Assembly (NCBI GenBank): GCA_017405345.1
Contig: JAFRAP010000058.1
Coordinates: 1 to 44,695, forward strand
Source: Candidatus Saccharimonadota bacterium
GTDB taxonomy: Bacteria; Patescibacteriota; Saccharimonadia; Saccharimonadales; Saccharimonadaceae
Direction of reading: 5' to 3'
Length of the DNA: 44,695 nucleotides
The notes beneath the pieces were generated by a model. It had not been told where the DNA came from and searched no databases. It saw only the letters and a program-made list of their open reading frames with translations. This document shows, piece by piece, positions 38,522 through 44,695 of the stretch. The translations under genes were made by a program, and so were the position numbers. Every line of letters starts with the position of its first letter. Positions within the stretch are counted from its first letter, which is position 1.

Positions 38522-39118
38522 ATGGCAGATGCAAAAATCTCCATTGACCAAATCAAAAAACTTAAAGAATTATCCGGCGTAGGTCTAACTGACGCTAAAG
38601 AAGCCCTAGTGGAAGCCAAGGGCGATTTTGACAAGGCTCTAGAAGCCATGCGCAAAAAAGGCCTCACCAAAGCTGAGAAACGCGGTGACCGCGAAACTCG
38701 CGAAGGTCTAATTGACGCTTACATTCACGACGGCCGCATTGGCGCCATCGTAGAGGTCAACTGCGAAACATCCTTTGTTGCTAAGACTGAGGAGTTTAAA
38801 GACCTCGCCCATAAAATTGCTATGCAGGTGGCCAGTATGGCTCCACTCTGGGTGTCAGAGGATGACATTCCTGCCGAGGTAATGGACGCTAAGATGAAAG
38901 AGCTAGAAGAAGGCTTTAAAGGCCCCGCCGACAAGAAAGAGATGATTCTGGGCGGCCAGGTTAAGAAAGCCTTTGCCGATAAAGTATTGATGAATCAGCC
39001 CTACATCTTAGACGACACCAAGACTGTGGCCGACTTCATCAAAGACCACATCGCCAAGACCGGCGAAAACATCACCGTCAAGCAATTCAAACGCATTGAG
39101 CTTGGCGTAACAGAATAA
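38522..39118 (+). CDS. tsf: Elongation factor Ts, short form
   Basis: UBA-like N-terminus, VEVNCETSFVA, GENI. Confidence 0.95.
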   Translation: MADAKISIDQIKKLKELSGVGLTDAKEALVEAKGDFDKALEAMRKKGLTKAEKRGDRETREGLIDAYIHDGRIGAIVEVNCETSFVAKTEEFKDLAHKIAMQVASMAPLWVSEDDIPAEVMDAKMKELEEGFKGPADKKEMILGGQVKKAFADKVLMNQPYILDDTKTVADFIKDHIAKTGENITVKQFKRIELGVTE

Positions 39119-39142
39119 ATAAATTATGTTATAATGCTAAGT

Positions 39143-40104
39143 ATGGGCATCATACTTAGCATTATTTTATTAATCGTCGGCTTTCTCTTACTAATTAAGG
39201 GCGCCGACCTTTTTGTTGACGGTGCCGCTAGCACTGCTGCCAATTTTCGCGTCCCCAAGATTTTAATCGGCCTTACTATTATCGCCTTTGGCACCAGCGC
39301 ACCAGAGTTGGCTGTTTCTATTCAAGCCTTAGCTAGCGGCAGTACCGACATGGTGCTCGGCAACGTCATCGGTAGTAACATCCTTAACATTTTACTAATT
39401 CTTGGATTAGCTGCCATCATCAGACCTATTAAATCCGCAATAATACTATCAGAAAAGAAATCCCCATCACCATCCTTATCACCAGCTTACTTGCAGTACT
39501 ATTTTTAGACGTGCAGCTTACTTCTGGCACGATAGATCAAATCACTCGCTCTGATGGTATCGCCATTCTCCTATTCTTTGCGGTTTTTCTTTACTATCTC
39601 ATCTCTCTGGCTTGTCGCGACCGCAAAAACATGAAAAAATTTGAAAAGCCCCGGTGGAAGCTACTAAAATCATTGCTATTCACTGCCATCGGCATCGTCG
39701 GGATTATTATTGGCAGCCAGCTAGTAGTAAACAGTGCCATGGCAATCGCTACTGGCGTTGGCGTTTCTGAGCGCATTATCTCCCTTACCATTATCGCGCT
39801 AGGCACTTCATTACCGGAGCTTGTCACCACAGTGGTGGCCGCTCGTAAAGGTGAGGTGGACTTAGCACTTGGCAACATTCTCGGTAGCAACATCTTTAAC
39901 ATTTGCGTGGTGCTTGGTATCCCCGTGGCGCTCTTTGGCACAGTCACACCAGAATCCTTTGCCATGATTGACCTTTACATGCTTCTAGCCTCTGCCTTCA
40001 TTCTCTTCATCTTCTCTTTGTCTGGACGTAAGATTACTCGCGCAGAAGGTGCCGTAATGCTGCTTGGCTTTATCGCTTATTACACATTGATTTTCGTGCT
40101 ATAA
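39143..40104 (+). pseudogene. Ca2+/Na+ antiporter (YrbG-like) split by a frameshift near 39432
   Basis: GTSAPE and GTSLPE alpha-repeats lie in two ORFs; adding one A at 39431-39433 restores a single frame. Confidence 0.8.
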
Positions 40105-40129
40105 TTATAGTAATAAACGGGAGCTAAAT

Positions 40130-40672
40130 ATGTTTGACACTAAAGAGGAGCGGTCTAAAATGGAGGCCGTGCTAACACGCTTTAATGATGAAATGAAAAA
40201 GGTTCGCACTGGTCGTGCTCACCCAGATATGCTCAGCTCTATTAAGGTAGAAGCTTACGGCCAATATATGCCACTTAATCAAGTAGCCAACGTCACCATC
40301 TCTGATGCCACCATGCTACTCGTCACCCCGTTTGATCCGGCCAATATTCCTAATATTTCTTCTGCCATCCGGGCAGATTCCACCCTTGGGCTTAACCCTT
40401 CTGATGATGGCCGTGTCGTCCGCGTGCCAGTACCACCATTAACTGAAGAGCGTCGCAAAGAGATCGTTAAGACCGCTAGCACCAAAGTAGAGGATGCCAA
40501 AGTTGCTCTCCGCAATATCCGAGAGGACGCCCGCAAAGACATTAAGTCCGCCGAACTACCAGAAGACGCCCAGCGGCGTGCTGAAAAAGAGATTGACGAT
40601 CTCACTAACGAATACGCCAAAAAGATTGATGATGCCTTTAAGGCTAAAGAGTCAGAGATAATGCAGCTATAA
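40130..40672 (+). CDS. frr: Ribosome recycling factor
   Basis: RTGRAHP, GLNP, PPLTEERRKE. Confidence 0.96.
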   Translation: MFDTKEERSKMEAVLTRFNDEMKKVRTGRAHPDMLSSIKVEAYGQYMPLNQVANVTISDATMLLVTPFDPANIPNISSAIRADSTLGLNPSDDGRVVRVPVPPLTEERRKEIVKTASTKVEDAKVALRNIREDARKDIKSAELPEDAQRRAEKEIDDLTNEYAKKIDDAFKAKESEIMQL

Positions 40673-40704
40673 ACTATTTAAATAGTTTATGCTATAATCA
40701 TTCT

Positions 40705-41895
40705 ATGATATTGGGAATTATTATCGGTTTAATTGTTCTGACTTTATTGGTGCTAGTGCATGAATGGGGGCATTTTATTGCCGCCAAGAAAAACGGTGTA
40801 AAAGTTAATGAATTCGGCATCGGCTTTCCGCCTCGCGCTATTGGTTGGATTAAAAAAGACGGCAAATGGGTGAGGCTTAAGAAGTCCGAGTGGGATAAGC
40901 CCCAAAAATCCCTCATCTTAAGTATTAACTGGCTACCGATTGGCGGCTTCTGTGCCATGGATGGAGAGTCTGATGCTGATGTCAGAAAGGGCACTTTTGG
41001 TGCAGCCACCTTTTGGCAAAAAACTAAAATCCTCTTTGCTGGTGTCACTATGAACTGGCTCGTAGCCTTCATTATTCTCACTATTCTAGCCGTCACTGGT
41101 ATGCCAGAATTTATTGATAACCAATTCTTCTTAGCCGGAGACAATCGCACCAATCCTCAGCCCATCTTAGTTGGCGAAGTACTAGATGGCTCACCCGCCC
41201 ATCAGGCCGGGCTTATCGCTGGCGATAAAATCATCGCCATCGCTGACCGCCCAGTTGATTCTGCTCGTGCCGTTGCCGAATACAACCAAGCTCATCCTGG
41301 AGAAACTGTCACTTACGAAATCTCCCGCAACGACGAGCTAAAGATTGTGTCCGTCACTCTTAACCCAGCCGACGCCCCTTATCTGCTCGGCATCACCATG
41401 TCAGAAAGCAGTCAGGTCTTACATTATGCCACCTGGTCTGCACCTATCGTCGGTGCCGTCACTACCGTTCAGCTCACCGGAGAAACTTTTCGCGGACTTA
41501 TGCAGATGATCTGGAATTTAGGCTCTGGCCTTGCCCGGCAGTTCAGCCCTGACGATTCCACTCGCCAATCTGGCAGAGAAGATATCGGTAAAGTTGGCGA
41601 TTCTATATCCGGGCCAGTGGCCATTGTCGGCATATTCTTTCCTAACTTTACCGCTGCCGGGCCTACTAATCTTGCTTTCTTGGCAGCCGTTATCTCCATT
41701 TCGCTCGCCTGTATGAATGTTCTACCCATCCCAGCGCTAGATGGTGGTCGCTGGCTTTTAATTGCTATTTATCGCCTACGTAAAAAGAAGCTCACCACTG
41801 AGATAGAGGCTAACATTGTCTCTCGCGCCTTTGTCATTTTAATCGCCCTAATTGTATTAATCACCATCTTAGATATTGCGAGGTTCTTTAAATGA
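40705..41895 (+). CDS. rseP: RseP/M50 intramembrane metalloprotease with PDZ domain
   Basis: HEWGH and NVLPIPALDGG. Confidence 0.93.
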   Translation: MILGIIIGLIVLTLLVLVHEWGHFIAAKKNGVKVNEFGIGFPPRAIGWIKKDGKWVRLKKSEWDKPQKSLILSINWLPIGGFCAMDGESDADVRKGTFGAATFWQKTKILFAGVTMNWLVAFIILTILAVTGMPEFIDNQFFLAGDNRTNPQPILVGEVLDGSPAHQAGLIAGDKIIAIADRPVDSARAVAEYNQAHPGETVTYEISRNDELKIVSVTLNPADAPYLLGITMSESSQVLHYATWSAPIVGAVTTVQLTGETFRGLMQMIWNLGSGLARQFSPDDSTRQSGREDIGKVGDSISGPVAIVGIFFPNFTAAGPTNLAFLAAVISISLACMNVLPIPALDGGRWLLIAIYRLRKKKLTTEIEANIVSRAFVILIALIVLITILDIARFFK

Positions 41896-42629
41896 TTAAG
41901 TCCAAAATGCGCCCCAAAAAACCTCGTACGAAAAATTTGCGTCAGCAAATTTTACCGGCTCTTACCCTCACAGTTTGGGTCGGCATCAGTGTAGTTGCCG
42001 GGCAGCTAATCGTCGGGGTACCGCTAGTTTGGCTACTTGGGGAAGAAATCAACAATCCCGTCTGGATGACTGTCTATACCGCTCTCGCTTATTTAGTGGG
42101 GCTACTCATCTGCATTCTTATCCCCGCCAAATTATTTAAGCAACTAAAAACCTCGCGCGAGGAACTAGGGTTACTAGGTTTACCTACCTGGACGGACATT
42201 GGTCTTGCTCCCATTGGTTTTATCGTTTATCTCATTGGTGCGGCCATTATTACTGCGGCCTTTTCCATCTTCCCGTGGTTCATAGTAGACCAAGCCCAAG
42301 ATACCGGCTTTAATAATCTCTTTTCCGCACCAGATCGCATCGTCGCCTTCATCTCACTCGCTATCATCGCCCCCATCGCAGAAGAAATCATCTTTCGCGG
42401 CTGGCTCTATGGTAAACTTCGCGCCAAGCTCAGTATGCCCATAGCTATGCTACTGGTATCGGTCCTATTTGGCATTTTACATGGCCAGTGGAACGTTGGC
42501 GTCAACGTCTTTGCTATGAGTCTCGTACTCTGCGGCCTCAGAGAAATCACCGGCACAATCTGGAGTGGCATCTTGCTCCATATTATAAAAAACGCCATTG
42601 CCTTCTATCTGTTATATGTTATAATGTAG
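41892..42629 (+). CDS. CPBP/Abi family intramembrane protease
   Basis: APIAEEIIFRG, FGILH, H..KN motifs. Confidence 0.9.
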   Translation: MIKSKMRPKKPRTKNLRQQILPALTLTVWVGISVVAGQLIVGVPLVWLLGEEINNPVWMTVYTALAYLVGLLICILIPAKLFKQLKTSREELGLLGLPTWTDIGLAPIGFIVYLIGAAIITAAFSIFPWFIVDQAQDTGFNNLFSAPDRIVAFISLAIIAPIAEEIIFRGWLYGKLRAKLSMPIAMLLVSVLFGILHGQWNVGVNVFAMSLVLCGLREITGTIWSGILLHIIKNAIAFYLLYVIM

Positions 42630-42632
42630 GGC

Positions 42633-43859
42633 ATGAAATTAAGTCATTCTTTTATAAAAACTTTGCGCGAGGTTGGCAAGGAAGAGACCGCCAAAAATGC
42701 CAAGCTCTTAATTCGTGCTGGCTACATCCATAAAGAGATGGCTGGAGCTTACGCTTATTTGCCACTCGGCTTAAAAGTTATTGAGAATATCAAGCAAATC
42801 ATCCGGGAAGAAATGAACGCCATCGGCGGGGAAGAAATCCTCATGACTGCTCTGCAGCAGCCAGAGCCGTGGCTTAAGACTAACCGCTGGGATAGCGACA
42901 TGGACATTTGGTTTAAGACCGAGCTAGCCTCTGGCGGGGAACTAGGACTTGCCCCCACTCACGAGGAGCCTATCACCAATATGCTAAAGACTTACATTTC
43001 CAGCTACAAAGATTTACCCGTTTATGTTTATCAGTTTCAGACTAAATTTCGCAATGAATTACGTGCAAAATCTGGCATTTTACGTGGGCGCGAATTCTTA
43101 ATGAAGGATCTTTACAGCTTCTGCACTGACAAAGCCACTCACGAGGCTTTCTATCACCAAGTGGAAGAAGCCTACATGCGCATTTTTAACCGGCTCGGCA
43201 TCGGGGAGGACACTTATGAAACTTTTGCTTCTGGTGGAATTTTTGCTAAATACAGTCATGAATTTCAGACCATCACTCCAGTTGGCGAGGACACAATTTA
43301 CTACAATAAAGATAAGACTGTTGTTTTAAACGAAGAAGTCCTAAATGACGAGGTCTTAAAAGATCTTGGTGTTAAGTGCGATGAGCTAGAGTCCACCGCC
43401 GCTGCAGAAGTAGGTAATATCTTTCCGCTCGTCTATAAGTATTCTGAGCCACTTGGCCTAGAATACAATGACCCATCCGGCCAACGCCAAACTGTCTACA
43501 TGGGCTCTTACGGTATCGGCGTCTCTCGCGTCATGGGTGTAATCGTAGAAAAATACGCCGATGATAAAGGCTTAGTCTGGCCTAAGGAAGTTGCCCCGTT
43601 TAAAGTTCATCTCATTGGCATCGGTAGCGCTGGAGAAAAGGCTGCTTTAGATTTTTACCAGCAGCACTCCGATGAAATCCTACTGGACGATCGCGACCTG
43701 CGCCCTGGCGAGAAATTCAACGATGCTGACCTCTTAGGTGTTCCCATTCGCGTAGTAATTAGTGATAAAACTCTTGCAGAAAAATCTGCAGAAATCACCG
43801 AGCGCGCCACCGGCAAACAAAAACTCTTGACTATTGACCAGCTAGAGAGTATCTTATAG
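42633..43859 (+). CDS. proS: Proline--tRNA ligase, compact form without the editing insertion
   Basis: LAPTHEE, KFRNELR, REFLMKD, MGSYGIG, anticodon-binding domain. Confidence 0.92.
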   Translation: MKLSHSFIKTLREVGKEETAKNAKLLIRAGYIHKEMAGAYAYLPLGLKVIENIKQIIREEMNAIGGEEILMTALQQPEPWLKTNRWDSDMDIWFKTELASGGELGLAPTHEEPITNMLKTYISSYKDLPVYVYQFQTKFRNELRAKSGILRGREFLMKDLYSFCTDKATHEAFYHQVEEAYMRIFNRLGIGEDTYETFASGGIFAKYSHEFQTITPVGEDTIYYNKDKTVVLNEEVLNDEVLKDLGVKCDELESTAAAEVGNIFPLVYKYSEPLGLEYNDPSGQRQTVYMGSYGIGVSRVMGVIVEKYADDKGLVWPKEVAPFKVHLIGIGSAGEKAALDFYQQHSDEILLDDRDLRPGEKFNDADLLGVPIRVVISDKTLAEKSAEITERATGKQKLLTIDQLESIL

Positions 43860-43864
43860 AGAGT

Positions 43865-44311
43865 ATGAAAAAAACTGTCAACTTAACTAAAGAGGGCAAG
43901 GCCGAGCTTGAAAAAGAGCTGGACTCCCTCATTGCCCAGCGCCCAGCCATTGCCGAGCGCATTGCTACGGCCCGTGCTTTTGGCGACTTATCTGAAAACG
44001 AGGAATACTCTGCCGCCCGCGCCGAGCAAAAGCAGGTAGAAAACCGCATTCTAGAAATTGAAGACATCTTAAAAAATGCCAAACTCATTCGTGGCGGCGC
44101 TCGCAATAAGGTCGCCATCGGTGCCACCGTTACTATCCGGCTTGGCGGCAAAAAGCAGACCTATTCCATCGTCGGCCCAGTAGAGGCAGATCCGCTAAAT
44201 GGCAAAATCTCCGATCAATCACCCATTGGCAAGGCCCTACTCGGCCATAAAGCCGATGAAGATTTTGTCATGCCTAACGGCACCAAAGGCAAAATCTTAG
44301 AAATTAGCTAA
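43865..44311 (+). CDS. greA: Transcription elongation factor GreA
   Basis: GDLSENEEY and SPIGKALLG. Confidence 0.95.
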   Translation: MKKTVNLTKEGKAELEKELDSLIAQRPAIAERIATARAFGDLSENEEYSAARAEQKQVENRILEIEDILKNAKLIRGGARNKVAIGATVTIRLGGKKQTYSIVGPVEADPLNGKISDQSPIGKALLGHKADEDFVMPNGTKGKILEIS

Positions 44312-44334
44312 GATTATGTTATAATATCATTATT

Positions 44335-44695
44335 ATGACAACATTAGCCGATTATCGCAATGAGCGTTTAAAAAAACTAGACGAAATTAAGGCTCTAGGA
44401 ATTGACCCATTCCCAGCCACTTCTTATAGAGATACTAAACTTTCTGATGTAACCGATAATTTTGCTAAATTAAAGGGGCAGACTGTCACCGTCGCCGGAC
44501 GCATCATCGCCATCCGCAGCTTTGGCAAAATCGCCTTCATTAAAATCCGCGACTACTTCGGCGAAACCCAGCTATTTATGAAGGAAGAAGCAGGTGAGGC
44601 GAGTGCCGAAGAAGAACGGTTCAGCATTCGTCACCTAAACTTGCTGGATGTTGGCGATTTTGTTGAAGCCACCGGCACCGTGGATAAAACCAAAA
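44335..44695 (+). CDS. lysS: Lysine--tRNA ligase class II, 5' part (runs off the window)
   Basis: Translates MTTLADYRNERLKKL...GIDPFP...VAGRIIAIRSFGKIAF...LDVGDFV. Confidence 0.9.
   Translation, partial: MTTLADYRNERLKKLDEIKALGIDPFPATSYRDTKLSDVTDNFAKLKGQTVTVAGRIIAIRSFGKIAFIKIRDYFGETQLFMKEEAGEASAEEERFSIRHLNLLDVGDFVEATGTVDKTK

Noticed and set aside
44581-44620. Purine-rich stretch in lysS (EEAGEASAEEE) as a third copy of the palindromic element
   Set aside because: It shares only a few bases and has no nested stems or peptide similarity.
1-44695. Alternative genetic code (UGA as Gly), prophage, CRISPR array or transposase
   Set aside because: ORFs are full length under code 11 and TGA ends rseP; no such genes or arrays were seen. 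The many short antisense ORFs in the track are shadows of real genes.

Overview
This is a gene-dense chromosomal segment read in the standard genetic code, probably from a Saccharibacteria (TM7, Patescibacteria/CPR) genome; that assignment is inferred from gene content and protein features. It carries translation genes (secE-nusG-rplK, rplA, rplJ-rplL, rpsB-tsf-frr, prfA-prmC, rpmE, proS, greA, partial lysS, tRNA-Gln, tRNA-Val) and replication/repair genes (dnaX, dnaB, ybaB, recR, a UvrD-nuclease fusion). It also carries alpha-glucan catabolism (GH97, phosphorylase), two ABC systems, envelope proteins and several small stand-alone genes. The best candidate for an undescribed system is an ~86-90 bp GC-rich palindromic element inserted in frame into two unrelated housekeeping genes, dnaX and an RlmD-like methyltransferase. 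Both copies are read in the same frame into a near-identical peptide and show two compensatory base-pair changes, resembling Rickettsia palindromic elements. Other signals are widespread apparently leaderless genes, overlapping bidirectional -10 boxes, terminators that double as promoters, a candidate rpsB pseudoknot leader, near-absence of TCGA and one frameshifted antiporter. All calls come from reading by eye; no searches were run.
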